In this document: positions 1-13,509 of the stretch, in pieces
How the letters are laid out: each line of letters starts with the position of its first letter
How positions within the stretch are numbered: position 1 is the stretch's first letter
The notes under the pieces: model-generated
Told to the model about the DNA's origin: nothing
The model's database searches: none
The model's input: the letters and a program-made list of their open reading frames with translations, nothing else
Program-made: the position numbers and the translations under genes
Assembly (NCBI GenBank): GCA_043228905.1
Contig: JBHGNT010000009.1
Location: 15,686,001 to 15,750,000 of the forward strand
From: Azolla caroliniana
Taxonomy: Eukaryota > Plantae > Polypodiophyta
Direction of reading: 5' to 3'
DNA: 64,000 bases

Positions 1-338
1 GTTTGAAAATTTCACAACCATCATCACTACCACACCTATCGACAAGCATCAACACACTTCCTGTTGTATTGGCTAACATCAAAACATAGATTGAAAACAA
101 ACTTGAGAGGGTGACAAATTTCCTTGTAACATACATTGTATATATTTGGTTCTCAATAGAATTATATCTTTAATTCTTTACATGGTATATAGGTTAATTA
201 TGAGGACTTAGAATGTATTGCATAAAGAGGAACCTTACAATGTATTCTAGTGTTAGACTTTAGTTCATCAACTAAGTTGTATATGTATTTGCTCACTTTA
301 GTCATCAACAAGTTGTAGTTATATTTGCTCACTCAGTA

Positions 339-3300
339 TTTTTTTTTTCCAAAAAATAAAACTACTTCCATTAGTTAAGGCAATGTACATAGGATAATTT
401 ACAACTCATATCTTACAAGCCATCTTGCATGTCAAAAGAAAACAATATGTGTAGAGGAAACAACAAAAACAATTCCAAAACACCACATCATTCGATGTGC
501 ATAGCATTACCCGAACGCATACTCTCCATGTGAGCCTCATACAACCTGAATTCAGCATAGACGTCCTCCATTCACTTCTCATGGTGTTTGAACTTCTCAT
601 AGATGTTAGGTACACTCCGAGGGAACAACCACCGTGGTGGTTGATAATTCCACTTCGCTTTACCATCCACCATCTGCAACATCGACGCACCGCTCCATTT
701 AAGAAGGAACCGAGCTCTAGGTTCTTCACTTGCGTCAGAGGACCCTTGAAGACTTTCAAACTCTCCTCGTAACGTAGAAATAAGATTAAACCAAATCATC
801 ATGAAATTCTCAGCTAGTGGGGTTCGCTTACCTGCGAAAGTCTCCTTGCACCTAGATACCCACACTTGCCAAATCGTAAGGCCGACCACTAATAACCATA
901 TGTCCACGTAGCGTTCATGTAAGAATAATGAACCTCCTTGAGCTGGTTGTACAGTTCCTTGCATCACCTTTAAAGAAGGACTATTTCCATTCCACCCTTG
1001 AAACCACGAAGTTGATTCAGTGGCCAACCAAGTGACTATTGCGTTCGATACATGAACCTCAACCCCGAACCGAGCCAAGATTCTTAAGCTCCTCGGCCAA
1101 ATTTCTTGGGCTCGTGGGCAACACCACAAACAATGTGTGATGTCCTCCAAGCTCGCACTACAGGCCTTGCAACTACTCATGTCACCTCTATTCCCAAGCC
1201 ACTCTCCCGTTGGAACAGCCTGATGGGTGATTAACCAGAAAAACACTTTGACCCGCTTGAGAAGGGATGAGTTCCATATCCTGCTCTTAGTTCTATCCAC
1301 GAAGACTGAATCGACAACTACATGGGCCCACTTGTTGGCACACTTCTCACGATACCAACCTAACTTTCTCCCCAAGCGCGTCGAGTATTCAAAGAAACCT
1401 AATGATTTATCTTGTTCTCCCTTCCACGTATATTTAGCGGGATCCCATTCTAAGCACTCGAGAGGCTTGCCTTCAACCACGTACAAGATTCAGTCCTCCT
1501 CAACCTCTTCGACTAGTGGATTCACCTTCCATTTCTTTCCGTCTGTTGCCACAATTCTAATTGGGTACCATCATGCACTTTCATCTATTGATCCCAACTG
1601 GACGATCTTCCCATTCTTTCCTAAACCCCTGACATTGATAATTTTTCTGGAATCATCACATTGTCTGAACCATTCACCCTCTTCCTCATTACCAATAGGA
1701 AGCGAGTAGACAGCTATATTGACTAGGTCAAGCATCTTTCTGCCATTTCCCACCTTTCCCACGTCTTCATATAATTTATCACAATTACTGTCGGACAACT
1801 GCATCCAATCTGCCATTGAGTGAATCCCTAGACAATACAATATAGCCCAGGCATACGCTTGCTCTGTCCAAGCATCTTTCCCTCTGGCAATTGTACGGTC
1901 TCGTTCCATAATAGGGGTTGGCACATCCATTCAGCACTAGTACTTGGATGATTCCGACTTAGATGCCCACAGAGCATACTCCACTCCACGCCTGCATCAC
2001 TGACATACAAGTACGATCAGCCAACCGGTTAGATTTCCTCAACTTTAAGTCCATACAAAAAAGCCATGCTTTGTGTGACTTCCATTGCCCACCCAGTCTA
2101 GGACTCCAGAGAATGCTCCTATTATGTATCAATGTTTTCCATAACTCGTTACCGGGTAGCAAGCTCCTTACCAATACCTTACATAACAATGCCTGACTCT
2201 GCGATCCAGGGTCAATCAATCCTAAACCCCCCTTACTCTTGGGAAGAACCAACATAGACCATGATACTTTGACTGCCGCGTTATCTTTCCTGATCCCAAC
2301 CCATACGAATCCCCTAATACACGCTTTAATAGTATGAATTGCTTGCTTGTCAAACATCCACACTGAAATTGCATGCCATAACGTAGACAAGAGCACATGG
2401 TTAGCTACTATGATCCTGCCAGCCAATGATAAGTTCATCCCTGACCAATTGCGAATTTTGTCACAGATTTTACTTTGAATTTGTTGCAACTGAATTCCTT
2501 GGCGATATCTACACCAATCCACGTTCCCAAATACCTAGTGGCTTCCCCGTTTGCAATCCATTTGAATTCAACATTTGGCTTCCAAACAGGCTCGGACTCT
2601 GAGTTGATCCAGAAACTCTTGGACTTATTCCAATTGATGGAGGCTCCCGATACTTTGCAAAAGAGATCAATAGCACTCTGTGCCCGCTCAAGATTTGCTT
2701 CATTTCCTTGGAGGTATAACATCATATCATCCGCGAACTCCGAGTTCAGCAGGGACTTCCTTGAGTTAGGGATCGAAAGACCATGAAGATTTACCCCTTG
2801 ACTATTAAAAAAGGTAGACATTGCTTCAGTAATAAAAAGGAATAGAAAGGGGGCAAGAGGACAACCCTGCCTAATGGATCGAGTTAGAAAGATTCGAGCT
2901 CCTTTCCTCCCTACAATCAACACCTTACTCGAGCCATTCCTATATAAGGCTTGGGCATCACACCTCCATTCCAATGGTAGCTCAATGACCTTCATCACTT
3001 CTTCTAGGAAAGACCATTGCACTCGATCATAGGCTTTCTCGAAGTCCAACATCAGATAGGCTAAGTTTTGATTGGTCTCCCTCGCCGTTGCAACAGGCTC
3101 CCAAAACAAAATCACGTTGTCCATAATAGACCGGTGCTCCATGAAGCCGGTTTGATTGGACTGGATGGTATCTACTAGGAAGGGCTTGATTCTCTACACT
3201 AGTATGTTAGCAATTTTTTTATAAATTAGATTTAAAATTGTAATGGGCCTCCATTGTCTAATCTCGTGCAACACAGTCTCCGATTTCGGAATCAAGTAGA

Positions 3301-4866
3301 TCAAGCCTTCATTGAAGCTGCTCAACATCCGTCCCATTCTCCACATCTCTTGTAGTTCAACTTCCAAGCTTGGAAAAATTTGCTCCCAAAACCCTTTAAG
3401 AAGGCTTTGGGAAAGCCGTCAGCACCAGGACAAGCCATAATATGTATCTTGTCTAGCTCCGCTATAATCTCTTCCTCCTCTATAGCTTTTGACAACTACG
3501 CTTTAGTTGCCTCTCCAATCCTAGTCTTCAAGCATGTAATTACATCATGCATCAGGTTACTCGGAGGGTCGTTTGTCAACGTTGGAGCTAAAAGGCCTCT
3601 ATAGTAATTTGTCGCAATTTGCAGGATTTCCTCTTGATCAAATGTCATCGAATCATCCTCCCTTGCGTGAGCTTTTGAGCTGAGATGATTGCCTTCCTCA
3701 GGCGTTGTAGACAGTATTGACACCTTACCAGCTCCTCCCTTGCCACTTTCTGAAGAACAAAGAAGAATTAATAATCTTTTCCTCTAGTACTTGTACCGGA
3801 TCGTGGGTTGATGGGGATGTCGTCCAAATGTTATTCATTGCATCCTTAACCTTCTGGATACCAAAAATCTTCGAAGGAATCCTCAAATTGCTCTCACTCT
3901 TCTTCTTGTAAATAGGATCGAGAGTCAAGGATACTGGAAGGTGATCCGAATATGTAAAACCAGCTAGAATGGATGAGTGGCCACTACATTCCTCTATCCC
4001 AGGGCTCACATAGATGCGGTCCAATCTACAGTGACATCCTTCACTCTCTTTCCAACCAAATCGTGAGAACCTCAAGGAATTCGCCTCAACCGCCATACTA
4101 GAATACCATGAATCTCGGATTCCCAACATAGAAATTAAGAAACCCCACGCTCTAAGCTCCTCCCCCTGTAGCAAGTTCGAATGAGCCCCAAGACAATCTT
4201 CCATTCTCTCTGTCATGTTAAAATGCCCCGCCACTATCCAATTGTCGAAGGAGGGAATTTTGTTTTCCAGCAGTCTCCAAAATGAGGTCCTCTCATTGCT
4301 AATGTTAGGTACGTAGACAGTCAGCACCCCAAATTTTACATTCCTCCATTCCAGGCAGCAAAACATGGCCCTACCTTTGATCAATATGCCATGATCCAAG
4401 ATGGTGATATCCGTTGATTTCCTCACCGAAATACACACTCCACCTCTCCTTTCTAACATGTCGTGCGCAGGAGCCCACCATGTGTAACAATCCCCTAGCA
4501 ACGGGTCTTTGAAAAGTTCTGTTCTTTCTCGTCCAAGGTGATGCTCTTGTAAGAGCAAAATATCAATCGTATTACAAAGGCCATCAACTTCCCACTCTCT
4601 CCTAAACCAACGCTTCTCTAGCTTATGTTGTGACCCACCAAGTCCCTGCACATTCCAAGAACAAATTCTCATTGACTTGGGTTCACAAAAAAGGCCAAGG
4701 GGGAATTTCCCATGCTCGACAAATATGTCTCCATCATATGCCATAGAAATTCCCACTCCATACTTATTTTCCATTCTTGATTCTTGGGTACTTCAGCACA
4801 ATGGAAGTGGAACAAACCAGGCTTCAGCCCTAGTATTACGTGGATTGCAATTTTCCTTATACTCAA
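339..4866 (-). mobile_element. L1-clade LINE, decayed (ORF1 C-terminus, ORF2 and poly(A) tail)
   Basis: Minus-strand ORF pieces give an APE endonuclease (MRICSWNVQGL, LLLQEHH, RLDRIY, SDHLPV), RT (LDFEKAYDRV, SIRQGCPLAPFLF, FADD, RYLG, KSKGGLGL) and a zf-RVT zinc knuckle (CKAC..EDITHCLWCC). The T10 run at 339-348 is the poly(A) on the minus strand. Confidence 0.92.
572..4672 (-). pseudogene. LINE ORF2 (endonuclease-RT-zf-RVT), frameshifted
   Basis: Split across ORFs 3725-4774, 3496-3723, 2435-3142, 1959-2522, 1571-1930 and 572-1486. ATG at 4672-4670 (MRICSWN) overlaps the upstream ORF stop. Confidence 0.88.
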
Positions 4867-6107
4867 TCTCTATGAGAATCGCCTTGAGTTCCCTATAATC
4901 AAGTTCATTTGTGTCCTTCATTGTCCTACTCTATTATTTGTAATTGTTTTGGCGTTATTCTTATTTTCCACAACGTTAACATGCTCTATATCTCTTCGTC
5001 AACTTGACTAAGCATTTGTACAAAATTTTGGGTGTTCCATCCTCACATTCATGAATACCCATTCAACTATATTTTATAGATAAGAGTCAAAAAGTGACTG
5101 CCAAAGGTAGCATCACTCTTTCCTTTCATAATAAGCAATCTTCGCTACATATCATGGTCACTTGTGTCTATCTAATTGCGAGAACATTCAATTGATGTGA
5201 TTACATTATTTAGTGGTATGCTAAGGACATGTGGACCTACATATGCACATAGAAGAAACCCCTTTGACGAGGATGCTCTCCAACACTTTTTGCACTTATG
5301 TCACTCTCATTCACACTCTTTTAAGACATTTGTGTAACCAATGGTTGAAACAAAAGACCAACTTCTCTAAGCATACCTAGGGGGTTTATATACAAGTTTG
5401 CTTCCTTAGGTTAGGGGTGGCACTTAACGGCACACAACATAGTAAGCATAGTCCACCTTTTCACTAACACGGGTGATCTAATAAGAAAGGAGTTTGTTTA
5501 ATAATAACTTGAGGCTGTTTAAGGGTTGGTTCCTTTCATGTCCTCGACAATATGCAACTCAAGTCACACCCAATTTTAGTTGTACCTCATCCCGTGATCT
5601 ACCTACTATGCCTCTCTCCAACTATTGATTCTTGACCATTTTTCTCCCTACTACTTCCCTGCTATAACTACATCATGTCATTGAGCTTTCTCCTGCCTTC
5701 AAGAGCAACATGGCATTGCAAAACTAAGTATTTGCTGGTTTAATACAATAAAATGGTGGATTTCTAGAATCGGCTTTTTGAATAATAGAGTGTCACTTCC
5801 AAAATTTAGAGTAATTGCCAACAATTTCAGCAAAAGCATCAGATGCACTATGACCTGATTAGACATCAAACAAACAAGAAAGAGGCGATTTGTAGAAAAG
5901 AAAAACAATGCTTTATAATTTGAACACCTAAAGAAGTAATACTCAGGTCTGATTCCGAAAAATCAAGAATGTTGATTGTACAGCACTACTTTATACATTT
6001 CCTTCCTCATGGTACAAACAATGATAGTGTTTGATTTTTATAGTAGCATCCACGACAACAAGAAGGAACCACATATATGTATGTACACTGGAATTTCAAC
6101 ATTTTAA

Positions 6108-8696
6108 TCAACCTCTCTCAACAAAATGAGCAATCCCCATATCGACAATGTGGAAGTCATTTGGTCTCTCAATCGACCCTCGATTGATATCTCCAGGATT
6201 TGGACCATCTGATACCATTTGTGCGCTTGATACACTGAACGGAATCCGAAATTCAGTCGGTTGCTCGATCCAGCCTCGATTAGTACCACAAGGATTCTGA
6301 CCCTCCGATACCACTTGCACGCTCATTACACTTGATTGAGTCTGAAAGTTGGGCTGACTCTCAATTGGCCTTTGACCCATATCACATTGACCTGAACTGT
6401 CTAATACCAGGGGTAAGCTCGACACACTCATCTGAGATCTCGGACCCTCGGATCCCCCTTGCGATCCCAATACACTCACTAGAGTCGGTGGCTCATCGCA
6501 TGTCAGAGTGTCCTCTAATGTACTAATGGCTCTAGAAGGAAAAGAGCCTAATGATCCAGCATCCGACTGTAATGACGGTGTCCATGATCCGTGTTCGGTA
6601 GGAGCAGACGAAAGCTGGAGCGGGGCCATCAATCGCCCAACGAAATATCCTTGAAGAGACATCCGGCACACAGGACATGTGGCATGTTGTTGCAACCATG
6701 CATCAATGCAGGTCTGATGGAAATTATGGGCACATTGAGGTAGAAATCGCAGGAGCTCGCCCTCTTTGTACTCCCCCAGACAAACTGCACACCTATATAT
6801 CAGCCCAAAAATATCATTCTAATGGTATATCCCAGTGATCCAGCAAAAAAAAAGACCATCATTCTTAGAGAAACAGTGAGCTTGGCTATTTACTGGAACA
6901 CCCCCAATGTTTGAACAAGCCCCAGAATATCCCTCTGTAGTACACAATTAACTACCTCAAGGAAGGAAAACTCAAGGGTTATTCTGGTAACTATCCAAAA
7001 CCTATGGGCCATTTTGGCAATTTTCCTCATTCTTATCGTCTGCAAGCAATCCAGAAAATCATTCCTATAACGTCCAAGCAGTTCATCAAAAGTCATCCTG
7101 TTTATGCTATCCAAGCAATCCACCAACAGAGGATCATTCTTATACTATACAAATCAATTCAGTAAAATATCATTCTTATCCTATCCAAGAATTCTGGCAA
7201 AAGATCCTCATTCTTAAACTATACAAGAAATCTAAAAAAAAAATCATTATTGGCAAGAGATTTCTGGGTAAAAAATAAAATAAAATGACTGTCTAGGCTA
7301 TATAAGAAATATATTTTAAAAGTGGTATATAGGGAATATGTGCCAAATGAAACATAGGAGATACACAAATATTGTAATTCCCAAAATTGAATTTCATCCT
7401 GGAAAGTGCTTGTGTAAGCACTAAGAAGTGGCAACTAAGCAAATCACAAGCAGCTAATGGAAGCTAACCGAAGGTGCTATTTCTACTTCCAACAGAAATA
7501 TGATATTATATGCATGAAGATTTTGTAGCTAATGTTGATAACTGTTAATAAAACAGCATGCACTGCTAAAATTATAAAATTATATGACATCCAAATGATT
7601 ACGATATGACCTAATCATTCACACATTGGATGTATGACTTCTAAATATTTATTCACTAACCATCCACTCATTATAGGCCTTCCAATTATACCAAATGAAC
7701 TGACAATAATATAGTATAAAGGATCACAATGTTTTGAAAAAATACAACTATTTCTATCAAACTTTCAACATTCCAGTAAAAAAGGTTCATGTTTTCCAGC
7801 AAAAACTATTCATATTCCTATAAAACATTAGAAGTCCAACCATGAGTTATATGCTCAATATATATGAGCATTGAACATTCATTGCAAGACTTTTGGCCAC
7901 TCACTAGAAACGGTCACATTCTATCAACACTATTTGTAAAGAAAAAGAGCCTTACACTGCATCTTGTCTGGGTAGAAACATGTCTTGGCGGAATGCGATT
8001 ATTGGAAAATGCTCTATAATCAAAGGACTCACCCCGCTCGATGTATGCTCAACCTGAACAAGTGTTGCAAACCCATCAGAAAAAGATGAAAAACAAACAG
8101 AAATGGTGAAAACCTATCACAGAATGGTGGTGAGGAAACATCACATGTACTCCTTAAACCCCATCACAGAATAATGGTGGTGTCTTTTAATCCCCATCTA
8201 AGATAGATGGCAAGAAACCCCATCACAGAACGATGATGAGGAAACCCATCCCTGAATGATGACGTGAAAATCCATCACAGGATGATGACAATAAAACCTA
8301 TCACGCAATGATGACGAGACAACAGATTGCACAATGACAGATGAGAAAAATACATCACAAGATGATAGAGAGAAAACCTGTTGCAGGATGATGATGGCGA
8401 GAAACCCATCATAAAAGAATGATATAATATGGTTCGAAAGTATTGTCGGATGCAGAAAAGAAAGAAAGCTCATGATACCAAAAGGAAAGGAAAAAAGAAA
8501 AAGAAAAACCAAGGGCCTAGAAAATCACCACTCTTCGATTTCCCGGACCAGTAGCAGAAAAGATGAATCCTCGCGCTCTTGGTGCAAAAATGACCCTTGA
8601 ACAGAAATAACGCCCACACCAGAAGAGGATGAATATGGAGCTCACAGTGATCCCAAAAATGCTCAGAATTAGGTTCACAACAGAGATAGCCAACAT
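6108..8696 (-). CDS. ATL-family transmembrane RING-H2 E3 ubiquitin ligase, 3 exons (8696-8529, 8053-7956, 6792-6108), ~316 aa
   Basis: Exon 1 has an N-terminal hydrophobic segment (MLAISVVNLILSIFGITVSSIFILFWCGRYFC). Exon 2 has a GLD-like region (EHTSSGVSPLIIEHFPIIAF). Exon 3 has the RING-H2 motif CAVCLGEYKEGELLRFLPQCAHNFHQTCIDAWLQQHATCPVC. GT-AG introns have consistent phases (168+98+685 nt). Confidence 0.93.
8068..8420. repeat. Degenerate ~27-bp minisatellite in intron 1 of the RING-H2 gene
   Basis: Recurrent aaacc(c/t)atcacagaatg(a/g)tg units. Confidence 0.65.
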
Positions 8697-9589
8697 CTTC
8701 ACCACGCGATAAAAGCTAACAGAGACAGGAAAACAAATATTCACACTTTTTCTCTCTCTTGATTTTTTATTCTATCAGATCTTTAAATCGATTCCATTCT
8801 GTCTTGAATTTTGATTCTATTTTGGTCTTAAATCATTTTCTATGTGATTATCAAATCGATTCTGTTTGATACTAAATCAACTACATTCCATGCAATTGCC
8901 AAGCAATTGAGCTGAATCTCGATCATAAAAGCTCTCTCAAATCCATCATAAATCGATTCATTTCCAGCAAAATTTCCAACAGCAAGTTCCAATTTCCATT
9001 AAATGTGCGGACCAACTTCGACCAAACGAGCTCAAATTTGTGATTTGGATTATATGCAATGATCTCCTTGAATTGATTCGACAACATCCCAGTGAAAAGA
9101 GCTGATTTCGAATGAGGATTAGCTTTGAAATCCCGAGAGATCAAACTTGATTTTGATTCGAAAGAGTTTAGGTAAGCTTTCTATTTTGAAACAAAAACTA
9201 GCTCTCGTGAAGGAAACCAGCGAGGTCGATCTTGCACACGAGCTTTTAGGACGAAGTTCTGCATCTTTAGTATGAGTTTTAGCTCTGTCACAAGCTCCTC
9301 AGAGTAGAAATGAGAGTGAGTGGTTTTACTGTGACACAAGCTTTTCTGTGCTAGAAAATCAGAGTTCCCTCCGTTTCCTCTGCCCGAATTTCCTCTGCGT
9401 TGGAGCTTAGGTTCCTCTACCAGAAGCTCTTCTGTAGAATAGAAATCTTTAATTTCTAGCTCTGTCAGGAACTGTTGTTGAGGGCTGGCTAGGAGTTCTA
9501 TTGAATCTCTTCAGACGTAGAAAATTCAGGATTCGGGTTCGCTGAGAGGAGGAGATCTACCTAAGTAGAGTTGCTCGTCTGTGTCAGAA

Positions 9590-9626
9590 TTTAGGGTTTC
9601 TTGGTACTGTCAAAATTAGGGTTTCC
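9590..9626 (-). promoter_or_regulatory. Two telo-boxes (AAACCCTA) upstream of the RING-H2 gene
   Basis: ttagggttt occurs twice on the plus strand in the CT-rich putative 5' region of the gene. Function is inferred. Confidence 0.35.
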
Positions 9627-9949
9627 TCGTCCTGTCAGGGGGAACAGGGCATGGAAAATATCTACATATTACCCCAAATTTCGTAAAATTAACAAACTGC
9701 CCTTGGCTTCTCTTTTCTCATACATACATACATGATACATGACATAGAAGCATAATTCTAGCCATACTTCCCATTCGTACCATACTCATACATGAATGAT
9801 CGTATCATACTCATACGTGAAATGGCTCCGAGTATGATTGAAATCCATTCGTCTATATTTATATTGATTTTTATTTTTATTATTCTAAATTTTGTTATGA
9901 GGAGTCGTATGTCCGATGGCAGGCAAGGATGGGTCGGGGGCTCGTGTTG

Positions 9950-10696
9950 GGGTTTAGGGTTTGGCTAAAGACCAAAGCAAAGAAGACTTGGCTTGTCCTC
10001 TCACAAGACCTTCTCCAACCAAACAAAACAGTCCAATCCTTTTCCTTTTTTGTGCACATGGGATAAGAAGAAGAAGAAGGCAAAAGAACAGTGGCTACTT
10101 GTACACCGAGCCTTGCCTATTGGCTCATGGTTGCACAAGATGGGAGTATCTTCTGGTTGTACTCGATGTCATTTACAAATTGAAGCTCAAAAACATTGTT
10201 TATGGGAATGCATTGAGTCTCAATTGATATGGCAACACCGCCTTAGAATCCTTGCTAACTATTTCCCCCCATTGGTTTTCACATGGGGCACGTTGGTTTA
10301 GACATCTCTTGCCCGATATGCTTTCCATTATGATGCCGAACCTATGGACCATGAATTTTACACTAAATCTGGAAGTGGTCGCACTACCATTGCTATCACT
10401 ATAGTTTTCAAGGATGAAAAAAGAAATCCAACCAATATGGGAGATACTGAGTAGTACGATTGTATATAACATCTGGAATGCTCAATGTTCTCTCGTTTTC
10501 CATCAAGTTAAAGTAGCACTAGCTGAATTGGTTACAAATATATATTTGGTTGGACATAGTTCATACTTTGAAGGGTCAATGGGACGGTATAGTTGGAGAT
10601 TTTGATTTTAAACTGCTCAATGTCGTGAGTTTCTTAGGATGTGGACAACTACTCCATTCATGACCTCCAAGAATGGCACTCCTAATTGGCACTTTC
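9950..10696 (+). mobile_element. 3' fragment of an L1-type LINE (zf-RVT and C-terminus)
   Basis: WLLVHRALPIGSWL..CTRC..QKHCLWEC..IW, then IVYNIWNAQC and FLRMW..PNWHF. This parallels the C-terminus of the LINE at 572-1486. Confidence 0.8.
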
Positions 10697-10842
10697 TGTT
10701 GGAGGCGGCCGTCAGGATGCAGAACAAACCCAACACTCTTAGAGATGAAGATCTTCAGATGATACAAAGGAACAAATTGATAACACAAAACAACTGAATC
10801 ATAAGGCAAGATCAACAAGAAAGATAGAGAGAAGAGGTACAC
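10697..10842 (-). mobile_element. Truncated LTR end (U5) interrupting the LINE fragment
   Basis: Starts TGTTGG on plus (CCAACA terminus on minus), is GA-rich, and is cut by the next LTR. Confidence 0.45.
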
Positions 10843-11365
10843 TATTGAGAGACAAGCTCAACATGGGCCGAATCGACTGAAGAAACCGAGAGCCGAATCG
10901 AATAGAGTTTGATTCAGGTGAGCCGAGTCGGAAGGATTCCGAAAGGCCATTGAGGTCCTATATTCCTATTATATTAAATAGGAATATTGTAGGAAGAAGT
11001 AGTTTTAGGCTCATTTATGAGCATTCAAGTATTGATGGTACTTGTGTTAGCCCACTCGTTAGGGATTTGTATAAAAAGTGCTCACTGAGCACATTGTATG
11101 TACAGAGTGTTCATTATTCGTAATAGAAGTTGTTGTCTACTCTCTCTCTGTCACCATTCTCTGTGTATACCTTATTGTCAAGTTTTTGAAACAGACTATG
11201 TACTCGGTGTCTATCGCACACGCTTCCGCACACGTATTCTTTCACATGGTGTCAGAGCGTGAGGGTTGAAAATCCTCTGTAGCCAATAGAAAAGCAAGCG
11301 AACAAGACTAAGATGAGTTTTCTCATTTTTGGAAAAGAAAAGACAAGAACATGGACAGAGGAATG

Positions 11366-12291
11366 CACATGCCGCTTGGGGTAAAACGTGATGGGCCGCA
11401 TTGGATAGCCACCATCTATCCTCTCCCATATCGAAACGACCATGTCCTTCATCTCCATGAACATTGAAAATGTACTTGTAATGAATCTCCCTATAAAACA
11501 AGATGATCTATGCCCTCCTCATCTCAAAAAAATCTGCTTCGATCCCCACACCATCTTCACTCAACCTTATCACAAAACAAATTTCTGCTTCCTAGATTGT
11601 TTTCGTGTCTTCAACTGCAGCAGCCGAAAGAGATCTTGACGTACAAAACATTTGCCAAATAGCATCAAATAGGGGACAGATAGATGATGGTGAACAACTT
11701 TAGTATATGCGGAACCAAATGCAAACATGGAGTTCTTAGACTACCTGCCAGGGTATGTTGAGCATGATTACCAACAAGATATGTATTCTCTTGAACTGCA
11801 CAAATTTGTCTCTATGTTGAGTAGGGTTATAGTGAAGAATTTTAGTATATGTGTAACCACATTCAGCCAATTTTGGCTGCAACATGCGGTTTTTTAGAGG
11901 CCCTAACAAGGGGCAATTGAAGATGCGTTTCAGACGCTTCGTACTACAAATATGGTCTCATGGAAGGTAATGGTGATAGAGTTATAGAACATGCTTATTT
12001 CGATGTATCATTAACTATTTTCACATGTTGGAGATTGATAGTATGGTGCCTGATTCTATCCCCTTTTTTTGGGTGGTAGCCTAGCTTGTCATATCAAAGG
12101 TGTTGTTGGCAAAGGCTGAGAGTTGTTTTCATGGATTATAATTAGCCTTATCCTACCAAATGCCATCGCTTATATTTGGTCATTTTTTGATGACATATAC
12201 TTGTGGAGTGGAAACTATTATGTACAATTTGTATATTACCTTTGGCATTGTTAATTTTAATACCAATGGAGCATATTTTTATGGAAAAATA
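11366..12291 (+). pseudogene. Inserted decayed PLS-class PPR gene fragment between 18-bp direct repeats
   Basis: AACATGGACAGAGGAATG at 11348-11365 and 12292-12309. Frameshifted translation reads NMVSW..EHAYFDVSLTIF..LEIDSMVPDSI..LACHIKGVVGKG*ELFS..ILPNAIAY. The 3' end is A-rich. Confidence 0.6.
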
Positions 12292-12689
12292 AACATGGAC
12301 AGAGGAATGGGAAGCTCGCATCCAGCCGAAAACCTCGATAAGAGCAAGTACGCATCTTGGTCATACAAGATAGGCGTTATGTCGAAGGAACTAATGATGC
12401 AGCACCCGACACATAGAGATTTCCCAGCCTGGGAACAAGCGGCAAACAGAGTTCTCTACTGCTTTGCATCCTGTGTGAGCGATCAGCTTTTGAGCTACAT
12501 TCGGGATGCTAGGATACCGAAGGATGCTTGGGGAAATCTAAAAAAGATTTTCGCCACGACCACCACAACTAGAAAGCTTCAACTCAGACAAGAGTTGAGC
12601 AGGGTTCGATAAAGAGAGATGTCGATGGCTGACTACACCTCCAAGATCAAAGAGATCTGCGACTCCCTCGCCTCTGTCAACGTAAACAT

Positions 12690-13509
12690 TGTCGTGAAGT
12701 TTCCGGCACATGGTGAGAAACCGGGAGATATTGGAGGGATCGGCGAGGTGCAACGTGTACACCCATCCTTATAAAAACGTGTGAATAGTAGGATTCAAGT
12801 CGGGACAAAGAATCCCATGTAAGTTGGGATTTATCCCACATTGTAACGCATCCCTCTCCTTGTTCTATAAAAGGAAGGGATGTTCCCTTGTAGAAGGGTT
12901 GCCCATTTTGAGTTAGGAGGGTATACCACTTAGGTCTAGGGTTTGGTAGAGTTCTTCCTTGTCATCTTATTCTTGTCCCCTTTGGGTTTGTACTTGGGTC
13001 TTCGCCCTATTTCGTTTAGGGTTTCATCTTGTCTTCTTCTTCTTCTTCTTCTGCCCCTCCCTGTTTGTTTAGGGTTTTGGCCCGGTGAAGAGCTTGTATG
13101 TTCTGTGGGGGTTTACTTCTACTCGGCCTCCTGTGCAAGACCCCGCTTGGCGCGACGAGCCCGAGAGCTCCCCCGACAGCGGCTTGGTGGCAGACTGCTG
13201 TTGTAACGTAACCTACCTTGGTTCGGCTCGAAGTCGGGGTTGTATCTCCCCCTTAATATATATATATTCGTGTCTGTTTGTGCATAATGGTGTCTCTAAT
13301 GGTGTCGGGTGCATAGCTCCCCTCTCCTGTACATAAGAGTCGGTGTTGCGTGCACACTCTCCCTCTCCTTTGTCTCTCTCTCTCTCCCTCTCGTGTTTGG
13401 TTGCAACTGGGTCGTGTCCGGTGTCGGTTTTCTTGGCTTCCCTCTTCTCCCTCGTCCGAGACCCCCGTGGTCCTGCCCCTTCTACATGCACGCACGTAAT
13501 AACGTGACA
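12690..13509 (+). mobile_element. Solo LTR-like element (TGTCG...GACA group), 4-bp TSD
   Basis: Termini tgtcgtg...cgtgaca. Flanks acat/atgt are both CG-decay products of ACGT. Removal restores Copia gag NVNV.EDEMVQ. Homologous to 21920-22688 in opposite orientation. Confidence 0.8.

Noticed and set aside
5200-5470. Possible solo LTR
   Set aside because: LTR-like composition and an ...aaca end, but no clear start or TSD.
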